Of a stretch of DNA of 64,000 nucleotides, positions 48,707 through 57,770 are shown one piece after another. Positions within the stretch are counted from its first letter, which is position 1; every line of letters begins with the position of its first letter. The stretch is from NCBI GenBank assembly GCA_040880745.1, contig JBBDHX010000036.1, positions 8,783-72,782 of the forward strand. The letters run 5' to 3'. This DNA is from Actinomycetota bacterium. GTDB taxonomy: Bacteria; Actinomycetota; UBA4738; HRBIN12. The notes beneath the pieces were generated by a model that did not search any database, had not been told where the DNA came from, and worked only from the letters and a program-made list of their open reading frames with translations. The position numbers and the translations under genes were made by a program.

Positions 48707-49489
48707 GTGCGGCTGGCCACGTGGAACGTCAACTCGATCCGGCAGCGGCTGCCCCGGTTGCTCGCCCTCCTGGAACGCCACTCGCCGGATGCGATCTGTC
48801 TGCAGGAGACCAAGGTCGAGGACGAGTGGTTCCCGATGATGGAACTCCAGGCGGCAGGGTACGAAGCGGCATTCTCAGGGCAGAAGTCCTACAACGGTGT
48901 CGCGATCATCTCGCGGAAGGGGTTGGCGGACGTCCGCGCGGGGTTCGACGGCGATCCTGTCCCCGAACAGTCGCGGGTGATCTCGGCCACGGTCGGCGAT
49001 CTGAACGTCGTCTGCGTCTACGTGGTGAACGGCAAGGCCGTCGGCGACCCCGCGTACGACACGAAGCTGGCCTGGCTCGACGCCCTCCAGGCCTGGCTGG
49101 CGGCCACCTACGAGCCGGACGGTCACCTCTTGGTGTGCGGTGACTTCAACGTGGCACCCGATGGCCGCGACGTGTGGGACGCCGACCTGTGGGAAGGGAA
49201 GAACCTCGCGAGCGAGCCCGAGCGCGCTCGTCTGAGATCGCTCTTCTCCTGGGGGTTGACCGATCTCGGCAGGCTGGCCGCCGGGGACATCCCCGGGCCC
49301 TTCTCGTTCTGGGACTACACGGCAGGGGCGTTCCACAAAGGATGGGGCCTGCGGATCGACCTGGCGCTCGGCACCGCCCCGGTCGCGGCGCGCCTGGAGG
49401 CCGTGACGGTTGACCGCGATGAGCGCAAGCCGACCTCGGGTGAGGGCAAGCCATCGGATCACGCTCCGGTCTTGGTGGACCTCCGATGA
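48707..49489 (+). CDS. xthA: Exodeoxyribonuclease III
   Basis: The sequences LATWNVNSIRQR, ICLQETK and the C-terminal SDHAPV are present. Confidence 0.92.
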   Translation: MRLATWNVNSIRQRLPRLLALLERHSPDAICLQETKVEDEWFPMMELQAAGYEAAFSGQKSYNGVAIISRKGLADVRAGFDGDPVPEQSRVISATVGDLNVVCVYVVNGKAVGDPAYDTKLAWLDALQAWLAATYEPDGHLLVCGDFNVAPDGRDVWDADLWEGKNLASEPERARLRSLFSWGLTDLGRLAAGDIPGPFSFWDYTAGAFHKGWGLRIDLALGTAPVAARLEAVTVDRDERKPTSGEGKPSDHAPVLVDLR

Positions 49490-50349
49490 GGTTGCCCAAC
49501 CTGCTCGTCACGCCGGCGTGGCTCTCAGGGCATCTGAAGCACCCCGGTGTGGCCATCCTCGACGTGCGATGGTCCTCCTCCGGAGGACCCACGGCGACCA
49601 GACGCGCCTACGAGGACGGTCACATCCCCGGAGCGGGGTACATCGACGTCGACCGCGACCTGGCCGCGGCGCCGTTCGTCGGCGGGCCCGGCCGCCACCC
49701 GCTGCCCACGCCCGAGACCTTCGCGGCGAAGATGGCTGCCCATGGCATCGACGACGAGATGTTCGTGGTCGTGTACGACGACGTGCGGGGGTCGGTCGCG
49801 GCCCGCCTGTGGTGGATGCTCTGGATCACGGGCCACCAGGTGGCACTCCTCGACGGTGGTCTCGAGGCCTGGACACGGGAGGGCGGGACGCTCGAGCGTG
49901 GTGCGCCGAAGCCGCGGGACCGCGCGCTGTTCACGTCTCTGCCATGGCCCCCTGATCGTGTCGTCCACGCCGGTGCGGTCGACTCCACCATCCGCGCGGG
50001 CACCGCGCCGGTCCTGGACGCGCGCGTCGAGGAACGCTACCGCGGCGATGTGGAGACGATCGACCCGGTCGCCGGGCATATCCCCGGGGCTCGGTCGGCC
50101 GCGTGGACGGGCAACCTCGACGAGGACGGTTCGTTCCTCGCACCCGAGGCGCTCCGGGCACGTTTCGAAGCGCTCGGCGTGACGGGGGACGCGGCCATCG
50201 CGTACTGCGGTTCAGGGGTCACGTCGTGTCATGACCTCCTCGCGCTGCGGCTCGCGGGCTTCGGCGACGCCCGTCTCTACGAGGGCTCGTGGTCGGACTG
50301 GGTCCACGAGGGCGACCGTCCGGTCGCGACGGGCCCCGATCCTGGCTAG
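49486..50349 (+). CDS. Rhodanese-domain sulfurtransferase (thiosulfate/3-mercaptopyruvate type)
   Basis: Tandem rhodanese domains are present. The active-site loop is YCGSGVTSC. The start forms an ATGA overlap with xthA. Confidence 0.85.
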   Translation: MRLPNLLVTPAWLSGHLKHPGVAILDVRWSSSGGPTATRRAYEDGHIPGAGYIDVDRDLAAAPFVGGPGRHPLPTPETFAAKMAAHGIDDEMFVVVYDDVRGSVAARLWWMLWITGHQVALLDGGLEAWTREGGTLERGAPKPRDRALFTSLPWPPDRVVHAGAVDSTIRAGTAPVLDARVEERYRGDVETIDPVAGHIPGARSAAWTGNLDEDGSFLAPEALRARFEALGVTGDAAIAYCGSGVTSCHDLLALRLAGFGDARLYEGSWSDWVHEGDRPVATGPDPG

Positions 50350-51737
50350 ACCATCGCCTCGGGAACGACCCAGGCGTCGTACTCCGCCTCGCTCACATAG
50401 CCGAGCAGCAGCGCGGCCTCCTTGAGGGTGCTCCCTTCGTGGTGGGCTTTCTTCGCGATCTCGGCGGCCTTGTCGTAGCCGATCCTCGGCGACAGCGCGG
50501 TCACGAGCATCAGCGAGCGGTGCACGAGTTCTTCGATCCGCGCACGGTCGGGTTGGAGGCCCTGCACGCAGAACTCGCGGAAGTTCCGGCACGCGTCGGC
50601 GAGGAGGACGGCGGAGTGCAGCAGGTTCCGGATGAGCACGGGTTTGAAGACGTTCAGCTCGAAGTTGCCTTGCGAGCCGGCGATCTTGACGGCGGTGTCG
50701 TTGCCCATGACCTGGACGGCGACCATCGTCATCGCCTCGGCCTGCGTGGGGTTGACCTTGCCCGGCATGATCGAGGATCCGGGCTCGTTCTCCGGGAGCT
50801 TGAGTTCGCCGATCCCCGCACGGGGGCCCGACCCGAGCCACCTGATGTCGTTCGCGATCTTCATGAGACTCCCGGCGAGCGTGGCGAGGGCACCGCTCAT
50901 GAACACGACCGCGTCGTGGGCGGCCAGCGCCTGGAACGTGTTGGACGCTTTCACGAACGGCAAGCCGGTGATCCCCGCGATGTGCGCCGCGCACGCATCG
51001 CCGAAACCTTCGGGTGCGTTCAGGCCCGTACCCACCGCGGTACCGCCGATCGCCAGTTCGTAGAGCCCGGGCAGCGCCTGCTCGATCCTCATGAGGTCCG
51101 CATCCAGTTGCGCCGCGTAGCCACCGAACTCTTGACCGAGCGTGAGCGGGACGGCGTCCTGCAGGTGGGTCCGGCCGATCTTCACGATGTCGGTGAACTC
51201 CGCGGCCTTCGCCGCCAGCGCGTCGCGCAGCCCATCGACGCTCGGCATCAGACGCTCGACGATGGTCCGTGCTGCCGCGATGTGCATCGCGGTCGGGAAG
51301 GTGTCGTTGGATGACTGCGACATATTCACGTGGTCGTTCGGATGCACGGGATCCTTCGAACCGAGGACGCCGCCCGCCATCTCGATGGCGCGGTTGGAGA
51401 TGACCTCGTTCGCGTTCATGTTCGACTGCGTCCCGGAGCCCGTCTGCCAGACGGAGAGCGGGAAGTGGTCATCGAGCGTGCCGTCGGCGACCTCCTGGGC
51501 CGCGGCTTCGATCAGGGCACCTATCTCGGGGTCGAGGTGGCCGCCCTCCACGTTCGCTGTCGCTGCGGCCAGCTTCAAGGTGCCCATCGCGTGCACGACT
51601 TCGAGCGGCATCCGGTCGGCATCCGGCCAGCCGATCGAGAAGTGGTGGATGGACCGTTCGGTCTGAGCGCCCCAGTAGCGTGTCGGATCGACCTCGATGC
51701 GGCCGATGGAATCGGTCTCGGTTCTCGGGTCGGGCAC
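50346..51737 (-). CDS. fumC: Class II fumarate hydratase
   Basis: The sequence [13 protein letters not shown] (SS loop) is present, and the N-terminus reads [21 protein letters not shown]. The start was set at GTG 51737, preceded by GGAGG. Confidence 0.92.
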   Translation of the reverse strand: MPDPRTETDSIGRIEVDPTRYWGAQTERSIHHFSIGWPDADRMPLEVVHAMGTLKLAAATANVEGGHLDPEIGALIEAAAQEVADGTLDDHFPLSVWQTGSGTQSNMNANEVISNRAIEMAGGVLGSKDPVHPNDHVNMSQSSNDTFPTAMHIAAARTIVERLMPSVDGLRDALAAKAAEFTDIVKIGRTHLQDAVPLTLGQEFGGYAAQLDADLMRIEQALPGLYELAIGGTAVGTGLNAPEGFGDACAAHIAGITGLPFVKASNTFQALAAHDAVVFMSGALATLAGSLMKIANDIRWLGSGPRAGIGELKLPENEPGSSIMPGKVNPTQAEAMTMVAVQVMGNDTAVKIAGSQGNFELNVFKPVLIRNLLHSAVLLADACRNFREFCVQGLQPDRARIEELVHRSLMLVTALSPRIGYDKAAEIAKKAHHEGSTLKEAALLLGYVSEAEYDAWVVPEAMV

Positions 51738-51869
51738 GGCGATCCTCCGGACGGGATGAGGCCGCCATCGTAGCCAGCGGCAGGTCCAGGCGACCCGGGA
51801 CGCTGCAGAGCTCACGAGGGATGCGAAGACGGCAGGGGAGCCCGACGGTTGGGTATGTTGGCGCCCCGA

Positions 51870-51943
51870 GGGGCGGTAGCTCAGTTGGTCAGAGCAGCGG
51901 ACTCATAATCCGTCGGTCGCAGGTTCGATCCCTGCCCGCCCCA
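51870..51943 (+). tRNA. tRNA-Met (anticodon CAT), elongator type, CCA not encoded
   Basis: Folded by hand. The acceptor is ggggcgg/ccgcccc, the anticodon loop is ctCATaa and the T arm is gcagg-ttcgatc-cctgc. It has a G1-C72 pair and lacks the GGG/CCC anticodon stem, which argues against an initiator. An Ile2 (lysidine) identity cannot be excluded. Confidence 0.85.
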
Positions 51944-51966
51944 CGCGCGAGTGTGTGCGGTTGCGG

Positions 51967-52584
51967 TCAGGCTCGGCGGCGCCAGCGTGAGCGGCGCGGA
52001 GGGGCTTCGGTTCCACCGGCGGCCCAGTCCTCCCGGAGCGCCGGCTCCTCGGATCGCACCGGGGTGAAGCCCGCGAGGCGCTCTTCCGGGCGAGGGTTCA
52101 CGGCTTCCAGAGCGCGCAGGGCCAGTCGCAGGTCGTCGATCCGTTCAGCACGCTCGTGCGCGAGGGTTTCGGCGAACGTGGCGCGGCGCTCCAGTTCCTG
52201 GACCCGGTCACGGAGCGCATCTGCCTCCTCCTCGACCATCTGGAGGGCGTCGTACGCCTCGCGGAGCGTGGGTAACCCCGTCGGTTCGGCCTCCGGGATG
52301 TACACCACGGCTGCCTCGTGAGGCTCGGGCCTCGATCGCTGCGGCCGCAGTCCCGCCGCCTCGAGGTCCACGACGGGGATCCGCCACGTCCCCGTGTGAT
52401 CACGGAAGGCGTTCGGGAACTCGCCTCCCTTCAGGCGCCGGCGGACCGTGTTCGCGTGCACGGCACAGGATCTTGCGGCCTCGCGCACCGTGAAGGTAAC
52501 CCCAGGTACACCAACCACCGGCGCATGGGTATCCCCGGTGGTCAGGGGGGTCAGATCGTCGAGTTCGGCGTCCATGTTCATCAC
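51967..52584 (-). CDS. Excisionase/MerR-like helix-turn-helix DNA-binding protein with coiled-coil tail
   Basis: The HTH region reads FTVREAARSCAVHANTVRRRLKGGEFPNAF...WRIPVVDL. The gene lies 23 nt from the tRNA-Met 3' end. Confidence 0.65.
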   Translation of the reverse strand: MMNMDAELDDLTPLTTGDTHAPVVGVPGVTFTVREAARSCAVHANTVRRRLKGGEFPNAFRDHTGTWRIPVVDLEAAGLRPQRSRPEPHEAAVVYIPEAEPTGLPTLREAYDALQMVEEEADALRDRVQELERRATFAETLAHERAERIDDLRLALRALEAVNPRPEERLAGFTPVRSEEPALREDWAAGGTEAPPRRSRWRRRA

Positions 52585-52748
52585 GGTCGGGGAGGCTAGC
52601 GCGGATCGGTGAGGAGCACTACCTCCTTTGGTCTCGATCTGACTCCCGCATCACACGATGTCTGATCCGAGAGCCGCGGTCAACCCCTGGGTACCCTGCG
52701 GGTACCCGTGGTCACCCCCTAGGGGATACCCCGTGGTGAGGGCCGTGA

Positions 52749-53774
52749 TCAACCCGCGCCAGGTGCGCAATCGGTCGCGGCACCAACGGCGGCTCTCCAC
52801 TCCTCGAGGATCGGTGCGAGCAGGTCGGCCATGAGGTGTTCGTTCCCGGGGGAGGGGTGGACGCCGTCGCCGTTGAGGGCATCATCCGCAACGAAGGTCT
52901 CCCAGTCCGCCAGGACGGCCTGCGGCACGCGCCCCACGGCGGACCGGATAGCCGCGTTGATGCCGTCGGCGCCGCTGTCGGGGCTGTGGACGGTCACCCA
53001 GACCACCAGATCGGCCTGCGACGTGGCCGCGAAGATGCGCTCGGCGGCCTGAGCGAACCCGACCGGGTCGTGGTCGTTCGTGCCGATCTGGATGACGACC
53101 ACGTCGGGGTGGGGGTCGGGCATCGCCTCGGCGATCCCCGCCGCGGTCGATGAGCCCCGGCCCACCTCCGCGTCGACGGTCACGTCCCAGCCCGGCAGGG
53201 CCTCGGTCACGGCTTCAGCGGCGCCGTCCAGGATCGAGTCACCGATCAGGAACGCGGAGGGGACCGGCGAGAGGTCGCTGGGCGTCGCGAGCGCCAGCCA
53301 GCGCTCCCACTCGCCCGAAGCTTCCACGAACAGACGCCGGGTGTCGCTCTCGCTCCGCCAGATGCGGCCCGCGGTGGTGACACCGAGTTCCACGGGCGCC
53401 GCGGGCGGACCCTCGAGCGGCACCGCGTAGCGCCCTCCCAGGAACGTGCGGGGGTCGGTGGAGGCGTCCACGACGACCGCGGGAGGACCGGACGGGTCGC
53501 AACGGATGAGGACGGCGCGGTCGATCGGCATGCATCCCGTTCCGACGCGGACGACCTCCGCGGCTGAGCCTTCGGCGATCGCTTCGACGGCACAGGGATC
53601 GCCGGGGGGATCCGCGGGCACGGGCGTGAGCTCAGGTGTCGCCGACGGGGTGGCGCTCGGATCCGCGGCGACCGCGTACTGCTCACAGGCCGCGAGCGCC
53701 GCGAGCGCCGCGGCCGTGACCGCAGCGACAGCGATGCGGAAGCGGAAACGTCGCAGCATGGGGGAAGGCATCCT
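52749..53774 (-). CDS. SGNH/GDSL-family hydrolase lipoprotein
   Basis: The lipobox is ALAALAAC. The motifs FLIGDSI, IQIGTND and DGVHPS are present. The start was trimmed to MPSPMLRR. Confidence 0.75.
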   Translation of the reverse strand, partial: RMPSPMLRRFRFRIAVAAVTAAALAALAACEQYAVAADPSATPSATPELTPVPADPPGDPCAVEAIAEGSAAEVVRVGTGCMPIDRAVLIRCDPSGPPAVVVDASTDPRTFLGGRYAVPLEGPPAAPVELGVTTAGRIWRSESDTRRLFVEASGEWERWLALATPSDLSPVPSAFLIGDSILDGAAEAVTEALPGWDVTVDAEVGRGSSTAAGIAEAMPDPHPDVVVIQIGTNDHDPVGFAQAAERIFAATSQADLVVWVTVHSPDSGADGINAAIRSAVGRVPQAVLADWETFVADDALNGDGVHPSPGNEHLMADLLAPILEEWRAAVGAATDCAPGAG

Positions 53775-53809
53775 AGCCGGGCGGGCGGAGCCGCCCGCCG
53801 CGCGGATGC

Positions 53810-54589
53810 TCAGAAGTCGAGTGGGGTGACGTCGTCGCCGGTGCGGGCGATGCCCGGGTGCAACACCGTCGCGTAGACCCCGAACGGGATCCCCTTCCCG
53901 TCGGCCATGCGCGGCCGGTACGACGTGATCGTCGGCAGGGTGGGGAAGTCGCGCTCGCCGCTCAAGGGATCCTGGTTCGTCACTCGGCATCGGGGGACCT
54001 GCCCCCCGACCAGGATGACGGCGTCACCGATCTGGACCCTGCGACCCTCCCAGGAGTCCTCCTCGTACGGCTCGGTGCCGGAGAGCTCGAAGTTCATCCG
54101 GAACCGCCGCGCGTCGAGGTCCCCGCCGGGGCGGGCGCCACGTCGCGCCAGATCCTCGACCGATGCGTAGGAGACGAGGGTGACCGGTTCGACGTCGTTA
54201 CCGTCTACGTCGCGGTCGGCGCGTATCAGCCGGACCGAGCGTCCGAGGAAGGCCGAGAACGCCGCTGCGAACGGTCCTTCGACCACCCGGCCGTTGACGT
54301 CGTGCTCGGACATCCGCGTGAGGGTGGCCTCGCCGACGTCGGCACCGTCACCTTCGGCGATGGTGCCGTCGGGGAAGACGCAGCGGAGTGCATCCGTCTG
54401 CATGTCGTGGTCGCACCGGACCGTGACGAGGGATCCGACGTCGAAGACCCCGACGTCGCGCCCGGTCGGATCGGCCAGATGGAAACGGCGGTTGCCGGGG
54501 ATGCCGTCGAGCGTGAGTTCCACGCGGTCGGGGTGCGAAAGCGCCGTCCCCTTCACCGCGGTGACGCCGATCCGTGCGAGCGTCGCCAT
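53810..54589 (-). CDS. MOSC domain-containing protein
   Basis: The sequences RFRMNFEL and the conserved Cys in VPRCRVTNQDP are present. The start was trimmed to MATLARIG (ATG 54589). Confidence 0.8.
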   Translation of the reverse strand: MATLARIGVTAVKGTALSHPDRVELTLDGIPGNRRFHLADPTGRDVGVFDVGSLVTVRCDHDMQTDALRCVFPDGTIAEGDGADVGEATLTRMSEHDVNGRVVEGPFAAAFSAFLGRSVRLIRADRDVDGNDVEPVTLVSYASVEDLARRGARPGGDLDARRFRMNFELSGTEPYEEDSWEGRRVQIGDAVILVGGQVPRCRVTNQDPLSGERDFPTLPTITSYRPRMADGKGIPFGVYATVLHPGIARTGDDVTPLDF

Positions 54590-54684
54590 GCACACGACGG
54601 TACCGGATCCGGGGTCGACCGAGAGCGCGCTTGGGACTATGATCGATCTGGCGCTCGGTCTGATGTGGACGGCGCCGGGGGGTC

Positions 54685-54942
54685 GTGGTGGAACGCTCCG
54701 AGCGAACCGACCATCGAGGGGTGCTGGCCGATCTGGTGGCCATGCAGGCGCGACTGCGCCGCGAACCGGCCACCTGGCACCCGGCCCACCTGGATGACCC
54801 TGAGATGGGACGGCCCTTGGCCGGCCGGTGGCCGGCGCCGGGCGAGGTGCCCGCCCTGCAACGCCGGATCGGGCGTCGCCCCGCTCCCGGGGAGTTGCCC
54901 GCCCTGCAACGTCGTATCGGGCAGCGTCTGGCCAACGTCTGA
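54685..54942 (+). CDS. Possible small protein (85 aa) with a C-terminal tandem peptide repeat
   Basis: The ORF starts with GTG and looks GC-rich at third codon positions. It contains APGEVPALQRRIGRR followed by APGELPALQRRIGQR. No family was recognised, and the region could instead be non-coding regulatory DNA. Confidence 0.3.
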   Translation: MVERSERTDHRGVLADLVAMQARLRREPATWHPAHLDDPEMGRPLAGRWPAPGEVPALQRRIGRRPAPGELPALQRRIGQRLANV

Positions 54943-54984
54943 ACCGCGGCCGGCTCACGCCGGGGCCGGTGGTAGGTTCGCCGG

Positions 54985-55467
54985 GTGGGCGATCCGGAAC
55001 TGCACGAAGACGTCCGTGCGCTCGCGTTCCTGGTGGGGACCTGGCGTGGCCGCGGCGCCGGGTCCTACCCCACCATCGAGGACTTCCTCTACGAAGAGGA
55101 GATCCGGATCGAGCACGCCGGTGATGCCTACCTGACCCATCTCCAGCGCTCGTGGTCGAACGAGGACGGGTCGGCGATCCATCTGGAGCGCGGCTTCATC
55201 CGCCCGGGGGCTGACGGCGAAGTCGAACTGACGCTCGCGCACCCGCTCGGCCTGACCGAGATCGCGCACGGGACGGTCGAGGGGACGTCGCTCGTGTTCA
55301 CGACCGATACCGGCGGGATGGGGCGAACCCGCACCGGCATGGAGGTGACGGGGCTGATCCGTCGTTACGCCGTGAGCGGGGACGAGCTCACCTACGAGGT
55401 CGACATGGCCACCGGGCGCACCCCGATGACCCGGCATCTCGCCGCGATCCTGCGGAGGCAACCGTGA
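54985..55467 (+). CDS. Nitrobindin-like FABP-family beta-barrel (DUF1794) protein
   Basis: The sequence LAFLVGTWRGRGAGSYPTIEDFLYEEEI is typical of the actinobacterial nitrobindin/THAP4-like heme-binding family. Length is 160 aa. Confidence 0.75.
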   Translation: MGDPELHEDVRALAFLVGTWRGRGAGSYPTIEDFLYEEEIRIEHAGDAYLTHLQRSWSNEDGSAIHLERGFIRPGADGEVELTLAHPLGLTEIAHGTVEGTSLVFTTDTGGMGRTRTGMEVTGLIRRYAVSGDELTYEVDMATGRTPMTRHLAAILRRQP

Positions 55468-57770
55468 ACACCCGCCGGTTCGATCTGGACCGGGTCTGGG
55501 TCGTGGCGTCCCTCGTGGGCATCGCGACGGGCGCGGCGCTCGCGATCGGTGATCGTCGTGCCGCCGCGGATGTCGCGTGGGCACTGACCACGGCGGTCGG
55601 GGGTTCGCAGGTGGTCGTGACGGTGACGAGGTCGATCCTCCGCCGCGAACCGGGGGTGGACGTCATCGCCGTGCTGGCGATCGCCGGGTCGCTGGCTCTG
55701 GGGGAGTACCTGGCAGGGGCCGTGATCGCGCTCATGCTCTCATCGGGTCGGGCGCTCGAGTCATTCGCCGAGCGTCGGGCGCATCGCGAACTGTCTGCCC
55801 TGCTGGAGCGAGCCCCCCAGCGGGTCCACCGGTACGAAGACGGTGAACTCCTGACGCGCCCCATCGAAGATGTCGCGCTCGGCGACCGGCTCTTCGTCAA
55901 GAGCGGTGAGGTCGTGCCGGTCGACGGTGTCGTCGAGGGCGACGCGGTGCTCGACGAGGCGGCGCTCACCGGCGAGTCCCGTCCCGTCGATCGCCCTCGT
56001 GGTGACCTGGTGCGCTCGGGCGCGGTGAACGCCGGCGCGGCCTTCGACCTGCGTGCCACCTCGACCGCCGCGGACTCCACCTACGCGGGCATCGTCCGAT
56101 TGGTGCGGGAAGCCGAGGCGCACAAGGCGCCGTTCGTCCGGCTCGCCGACCGCTATGCGCTGATCTTCATCCCCGTGACGCTCGTGGTGGCCGGCCTCGG
56201 GTGGGCGCTCTCCGGAGACCCCGTGCGTGCGCTCACGGTCCTCGTCGTTGCCACCCCGTGCCCGTTGATCCTGGCGGTCCCGATCGCCGTCGTCGCGGGG
56301 ATCTCGCGCTCTGCCAAGCGCGGCGTGATCGTGAAGGGCGGTGGGGCGCTCGAGACCCTCGCTCGCGCCGACACGCTGCTGTTCGACAAGACGGGGACCC
56401 TCACCTCGGGCATCCCGGAGGTGGTCGACGTCGAGAGCTTCGGTGCTGAGGACGCCGACGAGTTGCTGCGACTGGCCGCCTCGCTCGATCAGGTCTCACC
56501 CCACGTGCTGGCCGGATCGATCGTGCGCGCCGCGCGCCGTCGCGACCTGGCGCTCGAGTTCCCCCAAGGTGCGGACGAGCGCTACGGCGCCGGGATCGAA
56601 GGCGGGGTCGGGGGGCGCAAGGTCGCGCTGGGCAGAGCCGACTTCGTCGGCGGCGGCACCCCCCTGCCCAGGCGCGCGCGCGACGTGCGCCGCCGTACGA
56701 TGCTGGACGGATCCTCGTGCGTGTTCGTGGGGATCGACGGAGAGGTCGCCGGTGCGATCGTCGTGGACGATCCGATCCGCCCCGACACGCCGAGGGTGAT
56801 CCGATCCCTCAGGCGTGCGGGGATCGCGCGGGTCGTGATGGTCACGGGCGATCACCCCGACGTCGCCGAGAGCGTCGGCGCGGCCCTGGGCGTCGATCGC
56901 ATCCTGAGCGAGCGGGCACCCGAGGAGAAGGTGGAGGCCGTCATCGCCGAGCGTGATCACGGCGTGGTGGTCATGGTGGGCGACGGGCTCAACGACGCGC
57001 CGGCCCTGGCAGCGGCCGACGTTGGCGTGGCGATGGGTGCGCGGGGCGCCACCGCGTCCTCCGAGGCCGCCGACGTGGTGCTGGTGGTGGACCGTCTCGA
57101 TCGGCTCGTGGACGCCATCACGATCGCGAAGCGGACGCGCCGGATCGCCGTGCAGAGCGTGCTCCTTGGGATGGGGCTCGCGTTCGGAGCGATGGGGTTC
57201 GGCGCGCTGGGGTGGTTCTCACCCGTCGTCGGCGCCGTGATCCAGGAGTTGATCGACGTGGCCGCGATCGTGAACGCGCTGCGGGCGCTCGGAGGAGACG
57301 AACCGCACACGGTCGGCCGCGAGGTCAGCGATCTGGCGGAGCGGTTCCGGCGTGAGCACGCCGCGTTCGCGCCGGAGCTCCAGCGGATCCGCAGCACGGC
57401 CGACCGGCTGGAGACGGCGGACGCGGCGGCGGTGCGCAGCGACCTCGAGTCGGTGCGCGTGTTCTTGGCAGAGCGTCTCCCTGCGCACGAGGAGGAGGAG
57501 GAGGCCGTGGTCTACCCGGTGGTCGCGCGCCTCGTGGGGGGTGAGGATCCGATGTCCTCGATGGCGCGCGCGCACGTGGAGATCTCCCACCTCACGCGCG
57601 TCTTCCTCCGGCTCCTGGACGACCTGCCGGCCGAAGGGCCCGGGCCCGAGGACCTGATGGATCTGCGCCGCGTGCTCTACGGTCTGCACGCCATCCTGCG
57701 CCTGCACTTCGCCCAGGAAGAAGAGGCCTACGCGTGGTTGTCGGCCGAGGACTCCGTGTCGGCCGGCTGA
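55464..57770 (+). CDS. P1B-type ATPase with TPCP motif (P1B-5 subgroup) and C-terminal hemerythrin-like domain
   Basis: The motifs TGES, TPCPL, DKTGTLT and GDGLNDAPAL are present. The roughly 150-aa C-terminal tail has His/Glu spacing typical of hemerythrin HHE domains (REHAAF, AHEEEEE, AHVEISH, LHAILRLHFAQEEE). The GTGA start overlaps the upstream gene. Confidence 0.85.
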   Translation: MNTRRFDLDRVWVVASLVGIATGAALAIGDRRAAADVAWALTTAVGGSQVVVTVTRSILRREPGVDVIAVLAIAGSLALGEYLAGAVIALMLSSGRALESFAERRAHRELSALLERAPQRVHRYEDGELLTRPIEDVALGDRLFVKSGEVVPVDGVVEGDAVLDEAALTGESRPVDRPRGDLVRSGAVNAGAAFDLRATSTAADSTYAGIVRLVREAEAHKAPFVRLADRYALIFIPVTLVVAGLGWALSGDPVRALTVLVVATPCPLILAVPIAVVAGISRSAKRGVIVKGGGALETLARADTLLFDKTGTLTSGIPEVVDVESFGAEDADELLRLAASLDQVSPHVLAGSIVRAARRRDLALEFPQGADERYGAGIEGGVGGRKVALGRADFVGGGTPLPRRARDVRRRTMLDGSSCVFVGIDGEVAGAIVVDDPIRPDTPRVIRSLRRAGIARVVMVTGDHPDVAESVGAALGVDRILSERAPEEKVEAVIAERDHGVVVMVGDGLNDAPALAAADVGVAMGARGATASSEAADVVLVVDRLDRLVDAITIAKRTRRIAVQSVLLGMGLAFGAMGFGALGWFSPVVGAVIQELIDVAAIVNALRALGGDEPHTVGREVSDLAERFRREHAAFAPELQRIRSTADRLETADAAAVRSDLESVRVFLAERLPAHEEEEEAVVYPVVARLVGGEDPMSSMARAHVEISHLTRVFLRLLDDLPAEGPGPEDLMDLRRVLYGLHAILRLHFAQEEEAYAWLSAEDSVSAG

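Noticed and set aside
54846-54925. CRISPR-like repeat
   Set aside because: There are only two copies and no cas genes, and the spacing is compatible with a duplicated coding or regulatory segment.
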